Origin: Salinivirgaceae bacterium
Lineage (GTDB): Bacteria > Bacteroidota > Bacteroidia > Bacteroidales > SZUA-534
DNA: 64,000 nucleotides
NCBI GenBank assembly: GCA_041664345.1
Contig: JBAYKX010000001.1
Location: 138,628 to 202,627 of the forward strand
Reading direction: 5' to 3'
In this document: piece by piece, positions 10,093 through 18,930 of the stretch
Position numbering within the stretch: position 1 is the stretch's first letter
How the letters are laid out: each line of letters opens with the position of its first letter
Program-made: the position numbers and the translations under genes
The notes under the pieces: model-generated
The model's database searches: none
What the model saw: only the letters and a program-made list of their open reading frames with translations
Told to the model about the DNA's origin: nothing

Positions 10093-10359
10093 ATGAGATA
10101 TAAAAATAAATTTGGAAATATGAAATATTATGATTATAGTTTGCATTTTGTTGTTGAACCTCATAAAGAAAGTTTAGTACACCAAACTTATTTTAAAATC
10201 AATAAAAAAACCGCAGCTTGTTTTGAAAAAGCTACGGTCTATCATTCTCATGGATCAGGCTATTCCTTGAAAAGTTGCTCCCCAGCAGAGCTTTTCTCCG
10301 CTTTGCCTGATAACTCAAAATTACAATTTTCTAATAAAACTTTTTATGATAATTATTAA
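10093..10359 (+). CDS. Possible passenger ORF inside the IS, between orfB and the right inverted repeat
   Basis: 88-aa ORF with no recognisable motif. It is supported only by being the single long ORF in the ~375 bp of otherwise unexplained IS-internal DNA. Confidence 0.25.
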   Translation: MRYKNKFGNMKYYDYSLHFVVEPHKESLVHQTYFKINKKTAACFEKATVYHSHGSGYSLKSCSPAELFSALPDNSKLQFSNKTFYDNY

Positions 10360-10415
10360 CAACCAAACTTAAAGTTTAGTAAAATCTGTCAACCTTATTT
10401 ATGAAAGGACAATTT

Positions 10416-10484
10416 AGTAACCAGCGACCAGTAACCAACAACCAGTAACCAGTAACAACGACTAGTAACCAGTAACCAGCAATC
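10416..10484. repeat. Degenerate heptamer array (AGTAACC)n
   Basis: Reads agtaacc/agcgacc/agtaacc/aacaacc/agtaacc/agtaaca/acgacta/gtaacca.. and runs up to the LolE-like start codon. Confidence 0.8.
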
Positions 10485-10485
10485 A

Positions 10486-11706
10486 ATGAATTTCTCCTCC
10501 TTCATAGCCCGACGATACCTTTTTTCGAAAAAGTCGCATCAGGTAATTACCTTTATTTCCATGATTTCGGTTCTGGGGGTGGCAACCGGTACCATGGCTT
10601 TAATTATTGTGCTGTCGGTATTTAATGGGTTCGATAGTCTTATAAAATCGGTATTCAGCACCTTTGATCCCGATTTGCGGATTACCGTTACCGAAGGAAA
10701 AGTGTTTGACCCCAATACTGCTGCTTTCGATTCAATAAAAGCACTGCCTTATGTTGATATGGCCTGCTTTACGTTGGAAGAGAACGTGTTGCTTGAATAC
10801 GAAAAGCGCATGACCCCGGCCATTGTAAAAGGGGTTCCGCCTGAATTCAAGACCCTCAGCGGGGTTGATACCATGGTTCGCGAAGGTTCTTTTATTTTAA
10901 CACAGGGCGATCGTGACTTTGCGGTAATTGGCGCCGGTATATCCTACTTTTTATCGGTGGGATTAAATTTTTTAAGCCCCATTGTAGTGTATGTCCCCAA
11001 ACGAACGGGCAGCGTTACCATGAATCCGGCCACGGCATTCAATAAAGAATACATTTTTCCTTCCGGGATATTTTCCATTCAACAAGAAATAGACAGTAAA
11101 TACATTTTAGTGCCCATGAGTTTTGCCCGAAGGTTACTGGGCTACGATACCGAGGTTTCTGCTATGGAAATCAAGCTTAAACCGGGAACCGATAATGAAC
11201 TGGCGCAAAAAACCATTGCGGAATTGGCTGGAATCCGTTTTACTATTAAAAACAGGTATCAGCAGCACGAAGTACTTTTCCGGGTTATGAAATCGGAAAA
11301 ATTTGCCATTTACCTCATTCTTACTTTTATACTTATTGTCGCTAGTTTTAATATCATCGGTTCCTTGTCCATGCTTATCATCGATAAAAAGAACGACATT
11401 GCCACCTTTCGGAGTATGGGACTTGATAAAGATCGGCTTCAGAAAATATTCCTTTTCGAAGGATGGATGATTAGTATAATCGGTGCCTTGTTGGGATTGA
11501 TATTTGGAGCTTTATTTTGTTGGCTGCAATTAAAATTCGGATTGATACGAATTGGGGATTTGGGAACCTTTTTAGTTGATTCCTTTCCGGTGAAATTGCT
11601 TTGGATCGACTTTGTCTTGGTTTTTGTAACCGTAGTGGTGATTGGTTTGGTGGCTTCGTGGTATCCAGTTAAGTATTTTACAAAACGTTATTTGCAGGAT
11701 TTATGA
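10486..11706 (+). CDS. FtsX/LolE-like ABC transporter permease (lipoprotein-release type)
   Basis: 406 aa. It has an N-terminal TM, a large periplasmic MacB-like domain and a C-terminal FtsX 3-TM bundle (FAIYLILTFILIVASFNIIGSLSMLIIDKKNDIATFRSMG). Confidence 0.8.
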   Translation: MNFSSFIARRYLFSKKSHQVITFISMISVLGVATGTMALIIVLSVFNGFDSLIKSVFSTFDPDLRITVTEGKVFDPNTAAFDSIKALPYVDMACFTLEENVLLEYEKRMTPAIVKGVPPEFKTLSGVDTMVREGSFILTQGDRDFAVIGAGISYFLSVGLNFLSPIVVYVPKRTGSVTMNPATAFNKEYIFPSGIFSIQQEIDSKYILVPMSFARRLLGYDTEVSAMEIKLKPGTDNELAQKTIAELAGIRFTIKNRYQQHEVLFRVMKSEKFAIYLILTFILIVASFNIIGSLSMLIIDKKNDIATFRSMGLDKDRLQKIFLFEGWMISIIGALLGLIFGALFCWLQLKFGLIRIGDLGTFLVDSFPVKLLWIDFVLVFVTVVVIGLVASWYPVKYFTKRYLQDL

Positions 11707-12887
11707 CACACTTTTTTCGAGTACTACCGATTTGGGTATTTACCGCTTTAGTTGCGATGCCTCTGTTTGCTCAACGGCAAATGCCGCCCACCCAACCGTT
11801 AAGCAGTTCGGCTTACATAACCTTAATAACTTGCGATCCGGGCGACCAGTTGTATTCAACCTTTGGACACAGTGCCATTGGGGTGATTGACCCCGAACAG
11901 GGCATTAACTGGGTATTCAATTATGGCACTTTTAATTTCGAGGTTCCACATTTCTATTCCAAATTTGTATCCGGAAAATTGCTTTATCAATTGAGTTACG
12001 GTTCTAAGGAACGCTTTTTATACGAATACAAACGCTCGCAGCGCAGAGTTACCGAAGATGTACTCAATTTAACCGAATCTCAAAAGCAGAAACTATTTGA
12101 TCACCTGAAAAACAATTATCTGCCTGAAAACCGCGAATATCAATACGATTTCTTTTTCGATAATTGCGCCACCCGTATTGTTGATTTGGTTTACGAGGCA
12201 CTGGGCGATAGTTTGGTTTACCATGCCGACAGTTCCCGTAAGGAGATTACCTATCGTAATTTGATTGATATTTACTTGCCCAAAAGCCATTGGAGCGATT
12301 TTGGGATTGACTTGGCGTTGGGCTCAGTAATCGATAAACCGGCAAACCCACGGCAACAGGCCTTTTTACCCGATTATTTGCGCGATTATTTGAGCCGTTG
12401 CACCATAAATGATCTTCCATTTTTCACCCATTCCCAAGAGTTGGTCAGCGAATCGGCTCCCTTACCAGAAACAGCTTGGTATGTTCGTCCCGGATTGCTG
12501 TTTTGGCTGGTGTTCATTTCATTTCTGGTGTTTTCAATTGTGTTGCAGCATAAAAGCTGGATTATTGCCGACCGTATTTTGTTTGCCTCCATCGGAATTT
12601 TGGGTGTGGTAATCCTGTTACTATGGGTAGCCACCGACCACGATGCCACAGCCGGAAACTTGAATCTTTTATGGGCTAACCCGCTGTACCTGATTTATGC
12701 ATTTTGTATATCTTCAAAAAAGGGATTCTGTTATGCTTGGGGTTCCCGCATAGTTGTAATTCTAAATTCATTGGTATTGCTGGGATGGTTTATAATCCCG
12801 CAGGAATTCAATCTGGTATTTATTCCAATTATTGCCACGTTATTATTGCGCGGTGGGGTTCATGTAATGCGGAGTTATTCCCGGTAG
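11703..12887 (+). CDS. DUF4105 / Lnb N-terminal-domain membrane protein (candidate Bacteroidota lipoprotein N-acyltransferase-like)
   Basis: Signal peptide, then YITLITCDPGDQLYSTFGHSAIGV..NYGTFNF..YQYDFFFDNCATRI, which I recall as the DUF4105 signature. The C-terminal part is polytopic. The ATGA start overlaps the upstream stop. Confidence 0.6.
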   Translation: MTHFFRVLPIWVFTALVAMPLFAQRQMPPTQPLSSSAYITLITCDPGDQLYSTFGHSAIGVIDPEQGINWVFNYGTFNFEVPHFYSKFVSGKLLYQLSYGSKERFLYEYKRSQRRVTEDVLNLTESQKQKLFDHLKNNYLPENREYQYDFFFDNCATRIVDLVYEALGDSLVYHADSSRKEITYRNLIDIYLPKSHWSDFGIDLALGSVIDKPANPRQQAFLPDYLRDYLSRCTINDLPFFTHSQELVSESAPLPETAWYVRPGLLFWLVFISFLVFSIVLQHKSWIIADRILFASIGILGVVILLLWVATDHDATAGNLNLLWANPLYLIYAFCISSKKGFCYAWGSRIVVILNSLVLLGWFIIPQEFNLVFIPIIATLLLRGGVHVMRSYSR

Positions 12888-13196
12888 AAACAAATGGAAG
12901 TGGACTATTTTTGTCATATCTCAAATTGATCATATTTCCTTAAAACCCCATTTACTATTCAATTCCTACAATAAAATTTCTGCTATGGAGATACCGTTCA
13001 ACAGTGTTTAAAACCCACTTCACTCCTGGTTGAGATTATGATTTAAATGTTGGAAAAAGGTATTTACTCTGCATTTGCTTTTGTTAATACATCAGACAAA
13101 AGGGGTTCAGAAAATCTAAAGTTCAGGATAAGCTTTGGGGATTCGCAATCCCGAAAAATCGCGACAAGTTGTTTGTGACTGTAACGCTTGGGCATT

Positions 13197-14198
13197 TTAT
13201 TTCTTCTTTTTAGTTTCAATTTTTTTTATTGCTCTTTCAAAGTCACTTTCTGCAATCATTATTTGTTGAGAATCTTTAAACTTTTCAAATTCTCTTTCTG
13301 CATTTTCTTTTGCTAATTCGTGTGATATTGAACCGGCATTATTTAAAATATCCCTGTCGTTTAAACTTAAAAACCCGTTTAATTTTTCAACCCAAGCTTT
13401 CATGTACATTGGGATTCTTCTCATTGCCTGTCCTTGTGCAAAAATCAAATATTGCTCCACTAGATTATTCAGTGATGTTAACTCGTTTTCATTCAAATAA
13501 TTTTTGGCAATGGTAACATCTGTTTTTCTGATTTTATCACCACGCCATGAGGTTAATCCCATATTATGTTTTGAACTATCTACTCTCAGGTTAACTATTT
13601 CAGCAGCAGTTTGTCCTGTAATTGCCCAGTGTAATTTATTTTGTACAGTTTTGAAAAAATCAATACTGATATTCAACGTAGGGTCATAATCGACACTTGT
13701 TGCATAAATATCGGTTATTTTGCGATAAAATCGTTTCTCTGATGTTCGAATATCTTGTATTCGCCTTTCGAGTTCTTCGAAATAATCGAAAGGCAAATCC
13801 GGATTTTTCAACCGTTCATCATCTAATATAAATCCTTTAATAATATATTCTTTTATGTGAAGAGTTGCCCATTGCCTGAATTTTGTTGCTACGTGGGATT
13901 TAATTCGGTAACCAACTGATATAATGGCATCAAGGTTGTAGAATTTTTGTTTGCGTTTAACTTCCCTGTTTCCTTCTTTTTGAACTTGTAAGAAATCCTT
14001 ACAAGTTGCTTCTTCTTCCAATTCTCCCTCTTCAAATATGTTTTTAAGGTGAATGGTTATATTTTGCGAAGTTGTTTGAAACAATTCAGCCATTAACTTT
14101 TGAGTTAGCCAAACTGTTTCGTCCTGAAAACGAACATCTAATTTTGTTTCTCCGTTTTCGGTTTGATATATAATTAATTGGGATATATTTTCTTCCAT
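13197..14198 (-). CDS. RhuM-family virulence-associated protein
   Basis: Shows ETKLDVRFQDETVWLTQKLMAELFQTT, YNLDAIISVGYRIKSHVATKFRQWAT and DIRTSEKRFYRKITDIY, which is characteristic of RhuM. Confidence 0.8.
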   Translation of the reverse strand: MEENISQLIIYQTENGETKLDVRFQDETVWLTQKLMAELFQTTSQNITIHLKNIFEEGELEEEATCKDFLQVQKEGNREVKRKQKFYNLDAIISVGYRIKSHVATKFRQWATLHIKEYIIKGFILDDERLKNPDLPFDYFEELERRIQDIRTSEKRFYRKITDIYATSVDYDPTLNISIDFFKTVQNKLHWAITGQTAAEIVNLRVDSSKHNMGLTSWRGDKIRKTDVTIAKNYLNENELTSLNNLVEQYLIFAQGQAMRRIPMYMKAWVEKLNGFLSLNDRDILNNAGSISHELAKENAEREFEKFKDSQQIMIAESDFERAIKKIETKKKK

Positions 14199-14406
14199 TT
14201 TCTAAAAAAATCAGGTTATTTATTAATCCATAAATATATAATTATCGGCATGTGCATTGGCAATAAAACAACTCTTCCCGCAAAGAACAGGTTTACTCAC
14301 AAAAATATTTCATTTTCAAAGGTGTTCCCCGCAAATTAGCTGGGCAGGCAGTGAGGGCTTCGCCGTTGTGGGTCGGATGTTCATTTTATTTTTTTTCACT
14401 GTTAAA

Positions 14407-15812
14407 CTACAACCTTTTAAGCGATTGGCGGATCAATCGCATGGCTTCATCGGCAGTCATTTTTCCCAAAAGTACATCGCGGTAATGGGTACTCAGGTTA
14501 TCGCTATTCCCAACCATGTATTGACTTACTACTTCGGTAAACCGATAGGTGTTTTTACCGTAATGGTTCTGAATGTAATAGGAGAATTCTTCGAATTGAT
14601 CGGATCCAAATGAAACATCGGTAAGTTTCCCTTTAATACCGGTTGGGCATTTGGTATATTGAACCCACATTTCCGCAATGTCAGGTGTATTCATGGCCAA
14701 TAAAAAATCGACGGCTTTATCTTTATTCGGTGAATTTTTTAATACAGCCCACATAATTTGGTAAGCTCCCGGATAGAGGTCAACACTTTTAAAAGTGGGG
14801 AATTCATTAGGAATGCAATTTTTGGTTTTTTGAGGATTTTCTCCTTCCCAAATATTGTACATCCAGGCGCCATTGCTATAGAGCAAACATTTTTCATTTA
14901 GTAAATCAAATCTCGAATCGCTCCACTTTACGTTTTCCAAATTAGGATCGCATGGGTTGTAGGCTGATATTTCTTCCAATACTTTCAATGTTTTTTGCCA
15001 TGCCAAGAGCTTTTTTTCAGTTATTTCAACGGTTAAAAGCTCCTTCGAATCTTTTAATTCCGAAACATACAATTGATAAGCTATAGCAAAAGCGGTTCTC
15101 CAATCAGTGGCATCGTGAATGGGTACAATTTGTTCCGATGGTTTTTTTTATTGTAAGCATCTACTGCTTTTACATAGCTAACAAAATCATTGGCTGTCAT
15201 GCCATATTGTTTTATATCGATACCTACTTTTTTTGCTACTTCGGAATTGCTCCAAAGAGCCCAATATTGTCCTTCAATAAACGGTCCTGGAATGATGCCT
15301 CCCCATCTGTTTTTTATCTCCTCAGATAAAAGCTGGGGTAATGTGTTTTTTCTGAATTCGGGAATGGTTGAAAAATCAACCAAATACTTTTTGGCCCATT
15401 CCTGGTCGTTGCTAAAATTGGCCACCTCTTCAAACTGGTCGTTTATTCTAATAATATCCCATTCCGGATTGGGTTCAACCATAATTTTGGATATAAACCG
15501 TTGATTGCTAAAAATATCAGTCCGATCAAAATAAATCTCTTCCGGAAATTTTAGTAATACGTTAACATCCTGATTTTCGAATTCATACTTGCGCACAAAA
15601 TCGCGTACCAGTTTCTCCCTTTTCCCTTCGTTTAACCATTGCCCTATAAACCTAACCTGCGAGGTAGGTTCTATTTTTCTGTAATCATCAGTGTTTGTCT
15701 TAGTTGTTGCCTCATTGGTACAACGGCTAAAAAGTAGCACACATATATAGGTGAGTAAAACAAACCGAATACTTTTTAATACTATATTCGAAATTTTATG
15801 GCTATTTGACAT
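14407..15812 (-). pseudogene. Extracellular solute-binding lipoprotein, split by a frameshift in an A8 run
   Basis: The N-terminal part starts at ATG 15812 (MSNSHKISNIVLKSIRFVLLTYICVLLFSRC, a lipobox) and stops at 15081. The C-terminal ORF (14407-15072) has a frame that is open back to the A8 tract (T8 on plus, 15142-15149). One extra A would read ..AYNKKKPSEQIVPIHDATDWRTAFAIAYQLYVSELKD.. as a single ~469-aa protein. Confidence 0.75.
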
Positions 15813-15837
15813 TATTGGTGGAAAGTGAATTTTTTTA

Positions 15838-16045
15838 TCCCTTTTACCCCTCTGTCTCCCGATCCCGAGTACTCGGGAGGGACAAATTGTCGACATATAC
15901 TCCCCCGAGTCCTCGGGGGCGTGAGACCGCCTTCGGCTAAGTTCCCCTGCAAGCAAGGGAGAATGCACTGATTGTGCGTTGCTGCCATATTTGTGATTTA
16001 GTGCAGCCCTACTCCCTCCTTTTACCAAAGGAGGGTTGGGGAGGA
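15838..16045. repeat. Patch of GC-rich palindromes between the sensor gene and the solute-binding gene
   Basis: Contains cccgagtactcggg (15864-15877), cccccgagtcctcggggg (15902-15919), gcactg..cagtgc-type arms and ccctcct-tttaccaa-aggaggg (16014-16035) followed by ttgggg. Confidence 0.7.
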
Positions 16046-16126
16046 TACTTTTTAATAAATTAAAACTTGTTTCCACACATTTTGTTGAATAATCAAATTT
16101 ATCCATTATGAAGAAAATTTCATGAT

Positions 16127-17992
16127 TTATTTTACTACCATTCCTATACTCATCACTTTATCAACAGATCCAATGCTATTTTTCATGGGAACATGCGATT
16201 GAATAAAGCGATAAGTGGCCCCATTTTTAATAAATTCGATGTTAATACGCTGATTCTGGCCGGCATCTACTTTCTGGCAGAACTCATGATACGCATCGTC
16301 ATTAGCAAACCCCGATTTTAAGATGTCTTTAATGTTCATATTGGATTTATCACCTATTTTATCGGAAAACGTATCAATAAATTGGTTGTTAGCTTCCAAT
16401 ACATTACCCCGAAGCTCATAAATTACTACGCAGTTTTCTTCTTTTACTGCTCTCCAAAAGCTGTTCATTTCTTCTTCTTTTCGGGCAGCTTCCTCCTTTA
16501 TGGCGGTCATTTCTTCTAGGTTTTGTCGCACTTCCTCTTCTTGAGCCATCAACTCTTCGCGTTGCTTTTGCGATTCGCTCAATAACCGGCCTGTCCGTTC
16601 GTTTACTTTAACATTGATTAAAGTGGATGCTAAGCTTACGGCCAATTTCTCAACAAATTGTATTTTATAGGTTTCAAATTGATTAAATGATACCAACTCA
16701 GTAACTCCCACTACTTCAGTATCGGCAAGTAATGGAACTAACAGTATGCAATTTGGATTTGCTTCGCCCAGTCCGGAGGTTATTTTTACATAATTCTGAG
16801 GAACATCAATCATATAAATGGTAGCTTTTTCGTAAGCTGCCCTGCCCACTAGGCTTTCACCAAACCGGAACTTGGAATCAACGGTTTTCCTCCTATCGTA
16901 GGCTATGGCAGCAGAGACTTCAAAATATAGGTCATCCGGGTCGGAATCGTTCAGTACAAATAGTGCCCCTTGATTGGCATCCATATAATTTATCAATTCC
17001 GCCATAAATGTGTAGGATAGCTTTTCAATATTGTCGTTATCCTGACGAAGGATATCGGCAAAATTGGCCAACCCTTTGGTAATCCAATTCTGGGTATCAA
17101 TTTCCTTTTGTCGTGCAATCTCCAGTTGTTGAGAGTGTTTTAAATTGTCACGCATATTCAACAACGACTTTCCCACTAAATCCTCATTGCTAAGTGCTTC
17201 ATAATCGGCATCAAAATTTCCTTTTGCTATTTCATCGGCAAAAATAACCCGGCCTTCAGTTCCTTTGATAAGCTCATTGATGGATTTTTTTATCACCCCG
17301 ATTTCATCGTTTTCATCAACGCTGAGCACTTCCACCGGTTTTCCTTTTGCTACTGCGGTAATGCGGCCTACGATATCTTCAATTTTATTGGCAAACCAAC
17401 TGTTGAATAGGAGAATGATTACCACCGAGGTTAAAACTATGCACAGAATGGAGCCAATAATGAACATCCAGGTAATGGAGTGTTTCTCATCCACAATACG
17501 TTCCATGTGTGCCTTGATAAAAAGATGGCCTAAAAATTTTCCATCTTCGAGCCGCAGCGGTTCAATGGCATACAAATAGGTTTTTCCGTCTTCTTCTTTT
17601 TGAATAAAGGTGTTCTCCAAAGTTTCCTTGGTTAATGCCTCAAAAGAGTTTAAAAATGTAATTTCAGCAATTGATTTATCCTGATATTCTTGATCCATGG
17701 AATAGTAAACTTTTCCGTTGGCACCAATAATCATGCAGTTATCAATTACTTCACCAACCATACTTTCCATTGTTTTTTTGTCCTGAACGGTTTGGTACCG
17801 GAGCATACCTTTTGCCATAAGATATCCAGGTGTCGAAAATTTTTGGTTTAACCCGGCATCTATTTGGTTTGTGAACCGGTTAATGTAAAAAACCCCAAGA
17901 CCCACAAATGCAATAACTTGGGTCACAAGTATCATTAAACCAATTTTGTAGGATAACTTTTTTACCTTTTTATTATCGGTTTTTTGTATCAT
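16127..17992 (-). CDS. Membrane sensor protein: periplasmic domain, HAMP, GAF, coiled coil and a PAS-like end, with no recognisable output domain
   Basis: 621 aa with two TM segments (res ~20-40 and ~175-197). It has a HAMP-like stretch (..IEDIVGRITAVAKGKPVEVLSVDENDEIGVIKKSINEL) and a GAF-like block (..GALFVLNDSD..VGRAAYEKATIYMIDVP..LLVPLLADTEVVGVTELVSF). I see no HisKA/HATPase or MCP signalling motifs. Confidence 0.6.
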   Translation of the reverse strand: MIQKTDNKKVKKLSYKIGLMILVTQVIAFVGLGVFYINRFTNQIDAGLNQKFSTPGYLMAKGMLRYQTVQDKKTMESMVGEVIDNCMIIGANGKVYYSMDQEYQDKSIAEITFLNSFEALTKETLENTFIQKEEDGKTYLYAIEPLRLEDGKFLGHLFIKAHMERIVDEKHSITWMFIIGSILCIVLTSVVIILLFNSWFANKIEDIVGRITAVAKGKPVEVLSVDENDEIGVIKKSINELIKGTEGRVIFADEIAKGNFDADYEALSNEDLVGKSLLNMRDNLKHSQQLEIARQKEIDTQNWITKGLANFADILRQDNDNIEKLSYTFMAELINYMDANQGALFVLNDSDPDDLYFEVSAAIAYDRRKTVDSKFRFGESLVGRAAYEKATIYMIDVPQNYVKITSGLGEANPNCILLVPLLADTEVVGVTELVSFNQFETYKIQFVEKLAVSLASTLINVKVNERTGRLLSESQKQREELMAQEEEVRQNLEEMTAIKEEAARKEEEMNSFWRAVKEENCVVIYELRGNVLEANNQFIDTFSDKIGDKSNMNIKDILKSGFANDDAYHEFCQKVDAGQNQRINIEFIKNGATYRFIQSHVPMKNSIGSVDKVMSIGMVVK

Positions 17993-18171
17993 AATGGGTA
18001 GTATTTATCAAAAATATAGTAGGTTCCCTTTTCGTTTTGTAGCGATTTAAAATTACAAAACCATAAAGCAAATTCAAACTATTTGCCGTTTTTTATTGAT
18101 AGGATTTCGGAAGTTTATTGAATGGCGTACTCGAATTGTGCGAAATATTAGGGATAATTATACATTTGTAT

Positions 18172-18930
18172 ATGGATAGGTTTACTAGAAATAGGTTACC
18201 CGTAATTTTTATACTTCTGGCTTTACTGGCATGCAACCGGTCAATTCGTATGGAAATAAAGGATTATGAAATAAAAATAAATGGGTGTCGGGTTAAACGG
18301 TTTATTTTTATTTCCGAATTCAACCCAATCTATGGAACCGATAGCTTACAGTGGTTGCAGGCTGAATACGATTCATTGTACCAAGAAAAACAGGCGGAAT
18401 TAAACCAGCAAATACAAGAGCAAAACAAAAACCTTAATTCAGCCCGTAAGGAGTATGATACCATTGCCAATTCAACTATGAAGAAAGTTTACAAACCAAT
18501 GCTGGATGGGATGGAACAGCGAATCATTCATCTAAAACATATTCAAGAAACCTATATCCAGAATCCGGAACATACACAATTCGGGGTTATTTCAGCAAGA
18601 ATAAATTATTACCAGTTGAATAAAACCCAACTTTTGGGATATTGGGTACAGGTTTCCTTTACCGGCACTGAAGGACTTTTACCCATGAAAACCTATCAAC
18701 ACAACTACCTTTTTGATACCAATAAAAGGACTCTGATATCAACAACTAATAGGGTTTCCTATCGCCCAACCGTTGCTACAATTTCCTCTACCGTAATGGG
18801 AATTCGTTTTCCTAACAACCGACAACCCGTATTGGTGATCAGCAAATCGTCTTCGAGCCGGATGCCTCCAAAATCGCGGTACTGGTTTACCTTGTCAAAG
18901 TTGATAAATTCGTGGTTTATTTTTTCCTGA
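18172..18930 (+). CDS. Hypothetical lipoprotein; the 3' end overlaps the convergent peptidase gene
   Basis: The internal ATG at 18172 gives MDRFTRNRLPVIFILLALLACNRS (lipobox). The last ~170 nt overlap the 3' end of 18759-20147, so the true C-terminus is uncertain. Confidence 0.4.
   Translation: MDRFTRNRLPVIFILLALLACNRSIRMEIKDYEIKINGCRVKRFIFISEFNPIYGTDSLQWLQAEYDSLYQEKQAELNQQIQEQNKNLNSARKEYDTIANSTMKKVYKPMLDGMEQRIIHLKHIQETYIQNPEHTQFGVISARINYYQLNKTQLLGYWVQVSFTGTEGLLPMKTYQHNYLFDTNKRTLISTTNRVSYRPTVATISSTVMGIRFPNNRQPVLVISKSSSSRMPPKSRYWFTLSKLINSWFIFS

Larger units (their letters stand above)
8719..10411 (+). mobile_element. IS3-family insertion sequence
   Basis: The ends are TG...CA. The terminal inverted repeats are TGTCCTCACATGAAATAGGTTGACA (8719-8743) and the reverse complement of 10387-10411, TGTCCTTTCATAAATAAGGTTGACA, matching at 20 of 25 positions. 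A 3-bp direct repeat ATT flanks it (8716-8718 and 10412-10414). It carries the orfA/orfB pair with orfB in the -1 frame. Confidence 0.9.

Noticed and set aside
12941-13026. Direct repeat ttaaaacccca(t/c)tt(a/c)act near the RhuM gene as possible att sites of an island
   Set aside because: Both copies lie on the same side of the gene, are short and imperfect, and no integrase is present.
15813-16106. N-terminal 98 codons of track ORF 15081-16106
   Set aside because: This part is translated straight through the GC palindrome patch (..PPLVKGGSRAALNHK..SRRRSHAPEDSGE..). A proper lipoprotein signal starts at the internal ATG 15812.
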